Source of the DNA: a virus
Taxonomy: Duplodnaviria; Caudoviricetes
Strand: one strand, 5' to 3'
IMG/VR virus record: IMGVR_UViG_3300020465_001196
DNA: 64,000 bases
A program made the translations under genes and the position numbers. A model generated the notes under the pieces. It ran no database searches. It was not told the origin of the DNA and saw only the letters and a list, made by a program, of their open reading frames with translations. Of this stretch, positions 35,621-45,367 are shown one piece after another. Numbering within the stretch: position 1 is the stretch's first letter; every line of letters begins with the position of its first letter.

Positions 35621-36109
35621 TTAGTACTCAAAATTAACAGTTGTCTTATTAACTCTTAATTCTTTGGCTCCATTTTTTAAATGAAATTTTCTTGCCATCT
35701 CGGTCATTGGTGATAATGTAACTAGTCTATTAAGATGATGTGATTCTTTAATCATCTTATAAACTTCACGTACAATTTTTTTACCGCCACCTTTTTTCTT
35801 TGACCAAACTGTATATGCAATAGCAATAGATCCTTGCATACCTTCTCTATGTATGGCTTGAGTAAAAGCATCTTTGCTAAACTCATCTAATTCTTTTATA
35901 TCTGCTGGTACATCATTTGTAAATGCAAAACACATTACCGCGGCAATCTCGTCACCGTCTTTTAATCCAAAAACTTTTCTACCATATTGATGTCTAAACC
36001 AATTGTCTAGTTCTGGTCTTACTGGGTCTTCTGATGGATCAATCTGATCAAGTTCTACAAGCTCAACCTTTTTTAGCCATTCAAATTGTTTAAGAAGCCA
36101 ATCTTTCAT
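35621..36109 (-). CDS. conserved T4-like phage protein, GNAT-like
   Basis: AIAYTVWS..KGGG...RLVTLSP...FHLKNGA. Confidence 0.6.
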   Translation of the reverse strand: MKDWLLKQFEWLKKVELVELDQIDPSEDPVRPELDNWFRHQYGRKVFGLKDGDEIAAVMCFAFTNDVPADIKELDEFSKDAFTQAIHREGMQGSIAIAYTVWSKKKGGGKKIVREVYKMIKESHHLNRLVTLSPMTEMARKFHLKNGAKELRVNKTTVNFEY

Positions 36110-36121
36110 TTTTAAATCCTG

Positions 36122-36700
36122 TTATAGTTGATTAATTACTGTTGCTACTAGATGAACTCTATCTTCTTCACCGCCATTAAAAGCATTATGATATTTTGTA
36201 TTGTCAGTTATCCAAACAGATCCATCTGCTGGCATATGACGTACTTCTGTATCAATACACATACGAGCACCAAAGTTGGTAACTATTGGTATATGTAATC
36301 TAGGCTCTGGATCTCTATGCCAACTTAATGTTGTACGTGGCAATTTCCAAAGCAATCTAATTCTACCTAGTGTATATTTTTTTGTTAATTCATTATACAC
36401 TTCTTTAAAATAAGTATCTTCAAATAGTTTTACAAACTCTGAATACTTTGATTCATCAATTGGTTCTTCTCTTTGAACTTCTTCATATGTACTATTTGGT
36501 TTAGTCCAAAATAATCCTCTAACATTACCACCTGTTATTGAATTTGCATCTCCTGGTATTTGTGTTAAGCAAATTGCATTTATATCTCTTTCACCTAACG
36601 GAGATTGTCTTGCTACTCTTGAATCAACTTCTTTTAATGCTGATTGTAATTTAGCAATATCAAATTTAATATCAGGATCTTTATAAAAGTTTGTATCCAT
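36122..36700 (-). CDS. Asp/Asn beta-hydroxylase-like oxygenase
   Basis: WHRD.EPRLHIPIVTN...HNAFN...RVHLV. Confidence 0.8.
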   Translation of the reverse strand: MDTNFYKDPDIKFDIAKLQSALKEVDSRVARQSPLGERDINAICLTQIPGDANSITGGNVRGLFWTKPNSTYEEVQREEPIDESKYSEFVKLFEDTYFKEVYNELTKKYTLGRIRLLWKLPRTTLSWHRDPEPRLHIPIVTNFGARMCIDTEVRHMPADGSVWITDNTKYHNAFNGGEEDRVHLVATVINQL

Positions 36701-37011
36701 TATTTAAAAAACTCCTCTGAGTTGTGTGCTTTATCGTCAACCCATATATCATAATGTGGTTTGCCACCAACTCTTACACTTGTATATTTACATCCCCAAC
36801 TGTCTAATTGTTTTGTAGTTAGCTCTGTATAGTCTACACCACTAACGGCACCACGTGCTGTCCAATAATGAATCTCATGTCCTTTATCAAACATTTTGTT
36901 TACTTTTTCTATTCTGTCTTTCATAGGTTCATGATTAGCATAATCTTTTTTACCATTTGGTAAAAATACTTCTTTACAAATAGTTCCGTCAATGTCAACT
37001 ATGTATATCAT
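36700..37011 (-). CDS. small HAD phosphatase (capsule-biosynthesis type)
   Basis: VDIDGTIC, YWTARG, KP.YD.WVDDKA. Confidence 0.8.
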   Translation of the reverse strand: MIYIVDIDGTICKEVFLPNGKKDYANHEPMKDRIEKVNKMFDKGHEIHYWTARGAVSGVDYTELTTKQLDSWGCKYTSVRVGGKPHYDIWVDDKAHNSEEFFK

Positions 37012-37174
37012 CTTTTACGAGACTTCCATATTTTAATTTGATTTACTATTGCATATACGTATAGATATATTCCAAACGGTATAAGCAATAAAGAATTAAA
37101 ATACAAAAAGAATTTTGCAATTCCTCCATACTCACCTTGTGCTATTGCAACAAGATTAGTTATGAAGAGATCCA

Positions 37175-37432
37175 TTAACTTCCTCTTTTAACTGTATCTA
37201 AAATTGCTTCAATGTCTTCAAACATATCACGTTCTTCAGATAAACTTCTTTTGTGTGCAATTTTAATTGCTTTATTAAGAACTGCTGGTTTTACATCTAG
37301 TTCTACTGCAATATGTTTAACAGTATCCCTTAACCCAGATCTTAAATCATCTGCTTCTTGTAGTACCTGTGTACCTTCATCGAGCAATTTGACTAATTTT
37401 GCCTTTTCTTCTGGTCCAATTGTTAATGCCAT
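37175..37432 (-). CDS. T4 DsbA-like / GapR-like dsDNA-binding protein
   Basis: LRDTVKHIAVELDVKPAVLNKAIKIAHK pattern. Confidence 0.7.
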   Translation of the reverse strand: MALTIGPEEKAKLVKLLDEGTQVLQEADDLRSGLRDTVKHIAVELDVKPAVLNKAIKIAHKRSLSEERDMFEDIEAILDTVKRGS

Positions 37433-37465
37433 TTTTACTCCTTTTTCTTTATTATAATATATATC

Positions 37466-37663
37466 CTATTGAGAGTCAAGTTTTCTTGTGTCTTGGATAT
37501 ATATTATCCAATCAATTAATATAAAATTTAAAAACAGGCCGGTAGGTGTTAGTGCTACACCTAAAAAATTTGGTATAATAAAATTCAATAAAAATTGAAA
37601 AACCAAATATTTCCTTGGACTTGTTGGTGTCCAATCTAACCACCTAGGCTTGATTTCATTCAT
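37466..37663 (-). CDS. small membrane protein
   Basis: Hydrophobic 65-aa ORF. Confidence 0.6.
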   Translation of the reverse strand: MNEIKPRWLDWTPTSPRKYLVFQFLLNFIIPNFLGVALTPTGLFLNFILIDWIIYIQDTRKLDSQ

Positions 37664-37664
37664 A

Positions 37665-37856
37665 TTACTTGTCGCAATGTTCTTGATTTGCTTTTAACCC
37701 TGATTCTTTATTGTATACCCAAACGTGACTTGTAATTACTGTTCCGTCTGGTGTTACTTCACATTTTTTTCCAAATGCCATTCTTGGATTTTCAGGAATG
37801 CTTGAGCAACTTGTAAGAATAAATGCTAATGCAAATATTGATAATATAGTTTTCAT
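37665..37856 (-). CDS. small lipoprotein (FGKKC family)
   Basis: Lipobox LTSC; RBS AAGGA. Confidence 0.75.
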   Translation of the reverse strand: MKTILSIFALAFILTSCSSIPENPRMAFGKKCEVTPDGTVITSHVWVYNKESGLKANQEHCDK

Positions 37857-37908
37857 TTGTTTGTTTTCCTTTGTTGTTGTTTAATTGTATGACAATATTC
37901 TATTTTTG

Positions 37909-39222
37909 TCAATGGTCATATTTCTTTAATACATTATATAATTCTGGAACTTGCTTTTCAAAACTTTGGCCTCTTATTTGATCAAGTATCTTTGTATGTT
38001 CAAAAAACATTGGAAGATACTTTTTCTCTTCATTTGGCCTATCTGCTTCTAAATATTTTAAAACATTATTAACACCCATTTTTAAATTATAGTGTAGTGA
38101 GTCTTTATTACGTTCTCTACACTTATCTAATTTATTCCATGCAAGTTCTCTAATTTCTTTTGGTAAACAGGATATAGCATGATACTCTGGTTCGTGTACA
38201 GGATTTAAATTAGCCAAGTCCATATCATTTTCAAGATGATACTCTATTAAGTTTGGAATATTTAAAATATTTAAAACTTGATATGTAGGATCACTATTAA
38301 CTTTGAATCTATCTGATCTATATTCTTCTAATATTTTTCTATTTTCATGTAAAGTTTCCCATACACCTTTCCATCTTATATATTCATAAACTGATCCAGT
38401 TCCATCCATACTAATTTTTACTTCTACTTTTTTAAAGCCGTCTAACTTCTCCATGTATTTTCTATTGATTTGCATTCCATTAGTTGTAAACTTAAGAATC
38501 ATATTTTTATCAATACCTTCACGTTTACAAAAATCAAGTATCTCACTAAAATATTTGTTTACTGTTGGTTCACCACCACTAACTGTAATAGCATCTAGTT
38601 GTGGTAATAGCTCTTCTATTTGTCTTCTAAACTCTGGATCTTTCCAATAGTCTTTTACTTCTTTAACTCTTGGTAGTGGTTTAATTATATTTTTATGAAA
38701 CAGTTCTTTTCCTTTTAATTTATCATTACTAAATTTATCAATATGCTCTAGTGCTTCTTCTTCAATAATAGAACTATTCCATGGATTACACATACGACAA
38801 GCCAAATTACATAAATTTGCTAATTGAAAATCTATCCATCTTATTTTTGGTTTTTTAATAACTTGTTCTTTAAATTGTTCAACTGTTAAGTTTTCTAAAT
38901 TTGCACTTGGAACTTTTGCTTGATCAAGAATTCTTTTTGACATCATACCTTTAGATTCATCTATCCAGCAACGTCTACAACCTGGATCTTTTTTACCATT
39001 TAATAAATTTTGCCTTAGTTTTTCAAGTCCTGAAGATTCCCAATACCCATTTGTAAACCAACCAATGTCGTTTATTCTATGGTGCTCACTAATACAGCAA
39101 GGATCTGCTTCTCCGCCTGATCCTATATAAGATGTTGTAAATGGAAAATGACAAAAGGTTTTTGAGATTTTATCTTGCCATTTTAAATATTGCAAATCCT
39201 GATTATCTTCTTGTTCACTCAT
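37909..39222 (-). CDS. N-terminal twitch-domain radical SAM enzyme
   Basis: FCHFPF...PCC...CRRCW; CNLACRMC; SGGEP. Confidence 0.9.
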   Translation of the reverse strand: MSEQEDNQDLQYLKWQDKISKTFCHFPFTTSYIGSGGEADPCCISEHHRINDIGWFTNGYWESSGLEKLRQNLLNGKKDPGCRRCWIDESKGMMSKRILDQAKVPSANLENLTVEQFKEQVIKKPKIRWIDFQLANLCNLACRMCNPWNSSIIEEEALEHIDKFSNDKLKGKELFHKNIIKPLPRVKEVKDYWKDPEFRRQIEELLPQLDAITVSGGEPTVNKYFSEILDFCKREGIDKNMILKFTTNGMQINRKYMEKLDGFKKVEVKISMDGTGSVYEYIRWKGVWETLHENRKILEEYRSDRFKVNSDPTYQVLNILNIPNLIEYHLENDMDLANLNPVHEPEYHAISCLPKEIRELAWNKLDKCRERNKDSLHYNLKMGVNNVLKYLEADRPNEEKKYLPMFFEHTKILDQIRGQSFEKQVPELYNVLKKYDH

Positions 39223-39231
39223 TGTATATCC

Positions 39232-39432
39232 TTATATTATATTTATTCTGATATAATTCATGAGGATTTTGTACCAAATATTGTGATTTACACAATGATT
39301 ATTTTTTCTTTCTAGCTCTTCTTCTAGCTCTTCTTTTTTTAGAGCCAACTTTTCTACGACCTCTATGAGTCTTATTTTGTCTAGCCATAATTTCCTTTTA
39401 TCAAAACTAAGACTATTTAATTGTTTTGGCAT
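39232..39432 (-). CDS. hypothetical protein
   Basis: Coupled to methyltransferase. Confidence 0.55.
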   Translation of the reverse strand: MPKQLNSLSFDKRKLWLDKIRLIEVVEKLALKKEELEEELERKNNHCVNHNIWYKILMNYIRINII

Positions 39433-40118
39433 TATTTGATTGTTTTTAAGTTAAATTTCAATGTACTTTGACCTAAATCTTCAAAAGAAGGTACAGCATA
39501 TTTTAAAAGATCTGGAGAACCATATCCTTCATAAGTTGAAAATGGTGGGCAAAATCCAAGATGTATTATTGCATTACTTTTGCAAACTACTTTTAATTCT
39601 TTTACTAAACCCATAAATGATTCATAAACTATTTGTGACGAAATAGCATCTACTGATTCTACATGATCATAAGTTACTTTTTTAACCATTGATTCTTTTT
39701 TACTATTTTCATTACAATGCATTGCAAATCTTTTAGCAATTACCATATCATATTTTTTATTTGAAAGTGATTTTAATTTTTCTAATTGACTTGGATTAGT
39801 AACTCCCCAATCATAAGTATACTCGTGAACTTTTATATTGTAGTATTCCATTTCTTTTTTTGAATGAAGATATTGACCTTCCCATCCATAACCTGAATTA
39901 GTTGAAACTACCGAATGCCCTAGATCAATTAGTTGTCTACTTAAATCTCCAAGTCCACATCCTAAATCAAGAATATGTTTTGGCTTACAATTATTTAATT
40001 TTGCATATTTGATAATTCGATTATTCTTTTCTGTTCGATGACCTCTGTCATGTTTGGAATATTGAGCTAGGTATGGATGCCCTTCACTCCAACGTTTTAA
40101 TACAAATTTTGTTGGCAT
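39432..40118 (-). CDS. class I SAM-dependent methyltransferase
   Basis: ILDLGCGLG motif I; YDMVIA motif. Confidence 0.8.
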   Translation of the reverse strand: MPTKFVLKRWSEGHPYLAQYSKHDRGHRTEKNNRIIKYAKLNNCKPKHILDLGCGLGDLSRQLIDLGHSVVSTNSGYGWEGQYLHSKKEMEYYNIKVHEYTYDWGVTNPSQLEKLKSLSNKKYDMVIAKRFAMHCNENSKKESMVKKVTYDHVESVDAISSQIVYESFMGLVKELKVVCKSNAIIHLGFCPPFSTYEGYGSPDLLKYAVPSFEDLGQSTLKFNLKTIK

Positions 40119-40135
40119 AAAGGTATTTATTTACT

Positions 40136-40429
40136 TTAATAGTTATCGTATTTTTTATCGTAGTTATGAAGGTCTTCAAGATTGCCCATTGCTAGAGCAG
40201 ATGTAATTCTTAGATTACCTGTTGACTTACCTATTCTATTTAGGTGTGCCATTGCTGTATCATTAAACTTTATGTTGTAATGATTTTTTATGTATTTTGC
40301 AAACTCAAGAATTTCTCCTTCAAGTTCTTCTAAGTGCCAAACTTTAGGATCATGTTCTGATGCTACAGAATGTTTGACGTGTGGTGGGTCTAATTTAATG
40401 TGATCGTAGTTTTTAGTTTTTTTTGACAT
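40136..40429 (-). CDS. hypothetical protein
   Basis: 97-aa ORF. Confidence 0.7.
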   Translation of the reverse strand: MSKKTKNYDHIKLDPPHVKHSVASEHDPKVWHLEELEGEILEFAKYIKNHYNIKFNDTAMAHLNRIGKSTGNLRITSALAMGNLEDLHNYDKKYDNY

Positions 40430-40561
40430 ATTATAACACCTTTAGTAATATATAAATTTGTAAGGCCAATATCATTATTGGTAGAATAGTTCTAATTAAT
40501 TCCATAGTATGATTGTACTCATCTAATTTTCTTTCTAACCAGTTTCTTCTTTTTTTTGGCA

Positions 40562-40768
40562 CTATTTGACGCTCCTTTTTAAATCATCTCTATTGTTAAC
40601 AAATACTCTAACTAACCTTGAAACATCTACTGTTTCTTCTTTTAATGTTTTTGGGTTTGTAAAAATTACTCTACTTGAATTAGCCTTTAACACATTGTCA
40701 CCTTTGTCATCTACCACAACAGCGTCATCTGTATTCTTTCTCCAATCATGTGAACTATATTCTGTCAT
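40562..40768 (-). CDS. conserved pelagiphage-type hypothetical (HDWRKNTD family)
   Basis: RBS GAGGA. Confidence 0.7.
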   Translation of the reverse strand: MTEYSSHDWRKNTDDAVVVDDKGDNVLKANSSRVIFTNPKTLKEETVDVSRLVRVFVNNRDDLKRSVK

Positions 40769-40897
40769 ATTCCTCCTAGTTAAATATTCCTGTGGTTGAT
40801 AAAATAAACAACGATACCATAACTATAGCAATACCAATTATCCATGGTAGTGCATCTACAAATAGTTCTTTAATCCAAAACCACATATTATCAAACA

Positions 40898-41083
40898 TTA
40901 CAAATTACCTTCCCATTTTTCTATTTTAGATTTTACTTTTTTCTTAGATAAGTTTTCTCTACCTTCTTCTAAATCACTTACAAGGTCTTTAATGTCATCA
41001 CACAATATTGTAAGGTCTTTTAATTTTCCATCTAACTTATCTGCTATGCTATAAATTTTGTTTAATAATTTTTTATCTTTCAT
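40898..41083 (-). CDS. helical hypothetical protein
   Basis: TAATG coupling. Confidence 0.65.
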   Translation of the reverse strand: MKDKKLLNKIYSIADKLDGKLKDLTILCDDIKDLVSDLEEGRENLSKKKVKSKIEKWEGNL

Positions 41084-41307
41084 TATTCAAAATCCGATCT
41101 TACTATATGTTTTCTTAATGCTCTAACAAGTTCTTCGATCTTATCTATACAACCAATCATATCTCTATCAGTAATATATTTTTGTTTTTCTTTTAACTTA
41201 TCATATTCTTTTAATGGAATAGTGACTGTACTTTGTTCATTTTCATATGTCATGTCTGTTGCATGATCTTTATGACTGTCATACATTCTTTTATCTTCTT
41301 CTGTCAT
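41083..41307 (-). CDS. hypothetical protein
   Basis: RBS AGGAGG. Confidence 0.7.
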   Translation of the reverse strand: MTEEDKRMYDSHKDHATDMTYENEQSTVTIPLKEYDKLKEKQKYITDRDMIGCIDKIEELVRALRKHIVRSDFE

Positions 41308-41319
41308 ACCCCTCCTGGG

Positions 41320-41562
41320 TTAATTTGTTGTTAAAAATTTCTTTTTCCAAATCGTATGCAATACGTAGAACCATACTCCATTTATTGTAGGTTCAACTAG
41401 TGCTACAAGTCCTGCTTCCCATAAACTTGCACCAGTCATCATTGATACTACTGTCATAGCAATAACAATATGTCCCATAGTATAAATTATTGCTAATACA
41501 AAAGAGTTTCCACTAATGAAACTTTTTATTGTTTCAAATATTCCTCTAGTAAATTCTGACAT
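41320..41562 (-). CDS. DUF2061-like membrane protein
   Basis: IYTMGHIVIAM...ALVEPTINGVWFYVLH. Confidence 0.7.
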   Translation of the reverse strand: MSEFTRGIFETIKSFISGNSFVLAIIYTMGHIVIAMTVVSMMTGASLWEAGLVALVEPTINGVWFYVLHTIWKKKFLTTN

Positions 41563-41565
41563 AGA

Positions 41566-41838
41566 TTACCCTACTGGTTCAAGTTTACCATTTTTATCTG
41601 TAAACCAAGTATATCCTGCCACTTTGGCCTGTTTGTCTAATCCTTTTAGATTATATGCAAACAATAAATCTGGTTGATGTGTGTTACGGATCAATCCATA
41701 TTTTGATTGTCTGTTTCCTTCTAGTATATAAGTTGCCTGTTTTGTTTTTGGATCAGTAACTAATTCAACTTTGAAAGTTCTTTTTCCAATTTGAATAGTG
41801 TTCTGACTAGGCATACTGTTATCAGTTGTTTTATTCAT
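41566..41838 (-). CDS. hypothetical protein
   Basis: Downstream of sigma70 promoter 41877-41904. Confidence 0.7.
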   Translation of the reverse strand: MNKTTDNSMPSQNTIQIGKRTFKVELVTDPKTKQATYILEGNRQSKYGLIRNTHQPDLLFAYNLKGLDKQAKVAGYTWFTDKNGKLEPVG

Positions 41839-41876
41839 AGTTTTTATTCACCTTTGTTTTAAACATATTATTCTAT

Positions 41877-41904
41877 AGTATAACACATTATAGATATCTG
41901 TCAA
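41877..41904 (-). promoter_or_regulatory. sigma70 promoter TTGACA-N16-TATACT
   Basis: TTGACA gatatctataatgtgt TATACT. Confidence 0.8.
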
Positions 41905-41993
41905 GCGAAAAGATGCCTATCTATGTTATTATTTTCTGGCCAATTTTTGGCCAATGCTAAATACACTTGTATATACAAAAAGGAGATCTCATT

Positions 41994-42275
41994 ATGTTTA
42001 TATCTTGGAAAACTGATGGTTCGGCAGATGCAGTAGCAACGATGGAGTCTAGATTAAATGATCTAGATATGAATCGTGCATACTCAGAATGGGCTAATGC
42101 AAACGGCAGAACTAACTTTAAATGGGACAAAGTAGGTGGTGACTTGGTTATTACAGAAGAGTGGAGTATTTCTAGAGAAGAATACGATGCTTTTGTATCA
42201 GGTGGTCAAATTGATCATACACCAGGTGGAATTAGCTTACCAGTAGTTGAAACTACTGATCATTTAACATTCTAA
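41994..42275 (+). CDS. hypothetical protein
   Basis: RBS AAGGAG; TAAATA at 41958; start refined. Confidence 0.75.
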   Translation: MFISWKTDGSADAVATMESRLNDLDMNRAYSEWANANGRTNFKWDKVGGDLVITEEWSISREEYDAFVSGGQIDHTPGGISLPVVETTDHLTF

Positions 42276-42293
42276 TAATTAATTATTAAGAGC

Positions 42294-42875
42294 TCACTGT
42301 TGTTCAAACAATGGTGAGCTTTTATAGTATTCATACACTTCATCAATTGTCATACCATAATCAAAATCAAGTTGAAAACCATAACGTGTCATAGTTGTGC
42401 CACCTTTAGCACTATGCAATTGACCAGTGTTTACTACTACAGGGTGTCCGTAATATAATGTTTTTGTATGTTCTTTTTTATTATTATACCAACTAATAGA
42501 ACCTCCAGCTGGTTTAAATTCTACTAACAATGCAACTTTACGTTCAACATCTCTATGAATATTTAAAAACCATCCAGGAGACATCTTTGTATATTGCTTT
42601 CTAACAATTAGTTCTTTAGGCATATTTAAAACTTTACAAGCATCATCTACTATTTGTTCTACTAAAGGGTTACCATTAAATTCTGCACCATGATCAACAT
42701 CTTGATAATAAACCCATTCATTGTCATTTGCATCTTCTTCAATGCCTTCTTCATAAGTTACTTGATGACCTGCGTATGCTACATCAACTTTTTGAAACTT
42801 ATCACGCAATTTATCAATAGCATTTATATTTGCTTCATTATCTATTTTTAATTGTGGTAGTTCGAAATATTCCAT
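42294..42875 (-). CDS. Fe(II)/2OG-type oxygenase
   Basis: IHRD...LHSA...RYGFQ. Confidence 0.7.
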   Translation of the reverse strand: MEYFELPQLKIDNEANINAIDKLRDKFQKVDVAYAGHQVTYEEGIEEDANDNEWVYYQDVDHGAEFNGNPLVEQIVDDACKVLNMPKELIVRKQYTKMSPGWFLNIHRDVERKVALLVEFKPAGGSISWYNNKKEHTKTLYYGHPVVVNTGQLHSAKGGTTMTRYGFQLDFDYGMTIDEVYEYYKSSPLFEQQ

Positions 42876-42883
42876 AATACTCT

Positions 42884-43189
42884 CTACTTTAACATTTCCT
42901 CTAGTGATCCATCTTTTTGCATTTCTCTAACAATATCACAACCACCAACAAATTCTTTATTAATATAAAGTTGAGGTATAGTTGGCCAATCACTAAATGT
43001 TTTAATTTGTTGTCTTAAATCTCCATTTGCTTCATCTAACACATTTACATCTGTAAAGTCAGTACCAAGGTTAGTTAATATTTTAGAAACTAATCCTGAA
43101 AACCCACATTGTGGAGAGTGTTTAGTACCTTTCATAAAAAGTACAACTTTGTTTTCATTAATTATTTTTTGTATTTCATCGTTTGTCAT
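42884..43189 (-). CDS. grxD: monothiol glutaredoxin Grx4
   Basis: VVLFMKGT...PQCGFS...WPTIPQLY...FVGGCDI; start refined to 43189 (RBS GAGGAG). Confidence 0.95.
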   Translation of the reverse strand: MTNDEIQKIINENKVVLFMKGTKHSPQCGFSGLVSKILTNLGTDFTDVNVLDEANGDLRQQIKTFSDWPTIPQLYINKEFVGGCDIVREMQKDGSLEEMLK

Positions 43190-43190
43190 A

Positions 43191-43985
43191 TTACTCCTCA
43201 TCATATTGAATTGCATAGTCTTTGTATTTTTTTAAACTACGATCTAATACTTCAATATGTTCTTTTGGTTTTATTGCTCCTGTTGTTGTAACAACAAATT
43301 TTTGTTCATCAATTTTATCTGCTCCATGTGGATGCCATAATTCATTAATAACAAATGTATTTGTATCCATAGGTAAGTCAATAAAATCTTTTTCTTCAGG
43401 ATGTGTTTCAATATGCTTTCTATGTTCTTCAATTGGCATACTGTTTTTATGTTTACAAAAATAAAAACTTGGCTTACGTATATCATTTATTAATAATCTG
43501 TATCCTGATGGTTCAAAAGGCATCAACTGTGAATGTTGGTCTGCTCCTAGTTTACTAACGTCATGATGTATAGCAACATCTTTTCTTTGTCTAATTAATT
43601 CTGCATGATTACATTGTATAGGTAATTGTTCTATTAATTTAATTACTCCATACAGTTCTTTTGGTAATGCAGGATTTATTTTTACAGGTTGTTTTCTTTC
43701 TAATCTATTAACCCAAGAACGTCTTACTGCTTTAGGATCATTAAATTCGTTATCATCAAGTTGACCTAGTAAACAAACTATTCTCCAAATCTGATGTGGA
43801 TGTTCTTCTACATATGGTGCATCTTTAACTGCTCCTCCACCATATGATTCTTGTATTACATCAGGTGGCCATAGATAGTTTCTATCATGGAATACTTCTA
43901 GTTCATCTAAATTAATTTTTTCGTATGGTAAGTCTATTGGTAGAAAACTTAACTTACTAAATTTTTCTGTTTCTGATGACATCAT
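43191..43985 (-). CDS. Fe(II)/2OG-type oxygenase-like protein
   Basis: IHHD...PHGA; paralogous to 44702-45367. Confidence 0.55.
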   Translation of the reverse strand: MMSSETEKFSKLSFLPIDLPYEKINLDELEVFHDRNYLWPPDVIQESYGGGAVKDAPYVEEHPHQIWRIVCLLGQLDDNEFNDPKAVRRSWVNRLERKQPVKINPALPKELYGVIKLIEQLPIQCNHAELIRQRKDVAIHHDVSKLGADQHSQLMPFEPSGYRLLINDIRKPSFYFCKHKNSMPIEEHRKHIETHPEEKDFIDLPMDTNTFVINELWHPHGADKIDEQKFVVTTTGAIKPKEHIEVLDRSLKKYKDYAIQYDEE

Positions 43986-44718
43986 CTTTCCTCATAAAGA
44001 ATGTTTTAATTACCCAACCAGGAAAATCTATTTCCCACCATTTAACTTTGTTAGTCCAACTTGTAGGTTTTTCATGATGAGTGTTATGCAACCCACTACC
44101 TAATGTTAATAAATTTACTATTGTGTTGTTTGTACTATGATCTGGAGTATCAAATAGTCTGTACCCCCATCTATGACATATAGTATTAACCATACCTGCA
44201 CTATGAAACGTTATTACAGCAGGTATAGACACTAAAAACACAGCAATACGCCAGTCAAGTAAGAATAAGGCGCTGTATGACGCTAATAATAGGATTAAAT
44301 AGTGGTTATGTATGTATTTTATCCATTTGTCTTTAATTAAATCTGCTACATATTTTCGTTCAATTGTAAACGGCTCCCAGAACGTACTCCATATTCTCCA
44401 CATTGGTTGACCACCATGTGGATCTGCTTCTGTTTCAGGAGCGGCATGATGCTTTCTGTGTATTCCACACCAAGCAATAGGTGAGCCAAAACAATTAAAC
44501 ATACTTAATACAATTAACAATCTTGATTTCCAATATGATGTTTCAAAACTTTTATGTGATAGATATCTATGTAAAGCAATTTCGCCACCTACTTTACCAA
44601 ACATAATCCAACCAACAAGAGATAGCCATAGCCAACTCAAGTCAGCATATACAAGCCCAATCACAAGCATTATGTGGTTTGCTAATAGTATCAATTTTAG
44701 TTTATATTCGTAACTCAT
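43957..44718 (-). CDS. membrane acyl desaturase (delta-9 type)
   Basis: His boxes HRYLSH, HRKHH, HNTHH; NTICH.WGYR. Confidence 0.9.
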   Translation of the reverse strand: MSYEYKLKLILLANHIMLVIGLVYADLSWLWLSLVGWIMFGKVGGEIALHRYLSHKSFETSYWKSRLLIVLSMFNCFGSPIAWCGIHRKHHAAPETEADPHGGQPMWRIWSTFWEPFTIERKYVADLIKDKWIKYIHNHYLILLLASYSALFLLDWRIAVFLVSIPAVITFHSAGMVNTICHRWGYRLFDTPDHSTNNTIVNLLTLGSGLHNTHHEKPTSWTNKVKWWEIDFPGWVIKTFFMRKDDVIRNRKI

Positions 44719-45367
44719 CTTTTTTTACAACCTGTTTATTGTATTTATTTTCACTTCTTTCAATAAGTTTTTGGTGTGCTTCTGGTACTACTTTACCAAG
44801 TATAAATCCAACAATTCTATCGTCATCTACACCTTCTTTAACATCAACTCCATGTGGTTGTGTACAATTATTAATTAAGAACGCATCTGTTTCTTCAGGA
44901 ATAGTACAAAAATGTTTAGGTTGATTACTCATGTCTTTGCTGTAATCATATTCATTACACATATACAAAGTATCTCTAGATCCACTTACAACAAATCTAT
45001 ATCCTATTGGTTCATTTGTTAGTTGATGATCTAACATCTCTTGAGTTATTGTCATATGATGTGGATGTGGGGCTTCAACTTTATTTCCATCAACGTGTGC
45101 CGCAACGTTTCCAGTTGACCTAGCCAATCTTACGTAACATAGATATTCAAAAGGAAAATAACTTTCTATCCATTTTATTAATTCTGGATATTTTTCTTGT
45201 GCTTCTTTATTCCAAACTTTTGGTTCACCTAATGGCTTACTAAAGTCTTTAGTACCTAATAGTGTTTCTTCTTTCCACCACACATATTTTTCATTACCAA
45301 CAAAATTATCAAGGATTGTTTGTTTGTTTGGTATTGTTGGTATATCTAATGGAGTAAAAATTATCAT
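44702..45367 (-). CDS. Fe(II)/2OG-type oxygenase-like protein
   Basis: AHVD...PHGV...R. Confidence 0.6.
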   Translation of the reverse strand: MIIFTPLDIPTIPNKQTILDNFVGNEKYVWWKEETLLGTKDFSKPLGEPKVWNKEAQEKYPELIKWIESYFPFEYLCYVRLARSTGNVAAHVDGNKVEAPHPHHMTITQEMLDHQLTNEPIGYRFVVSGSRDTLYMCNEYDYSKDMSNQPKHFCTIPEETDAFLINNCTQPHGVDVKEGVDDDRIVGFILGKVVPEAHQKLIERSENKYNKQVVKKDELRI

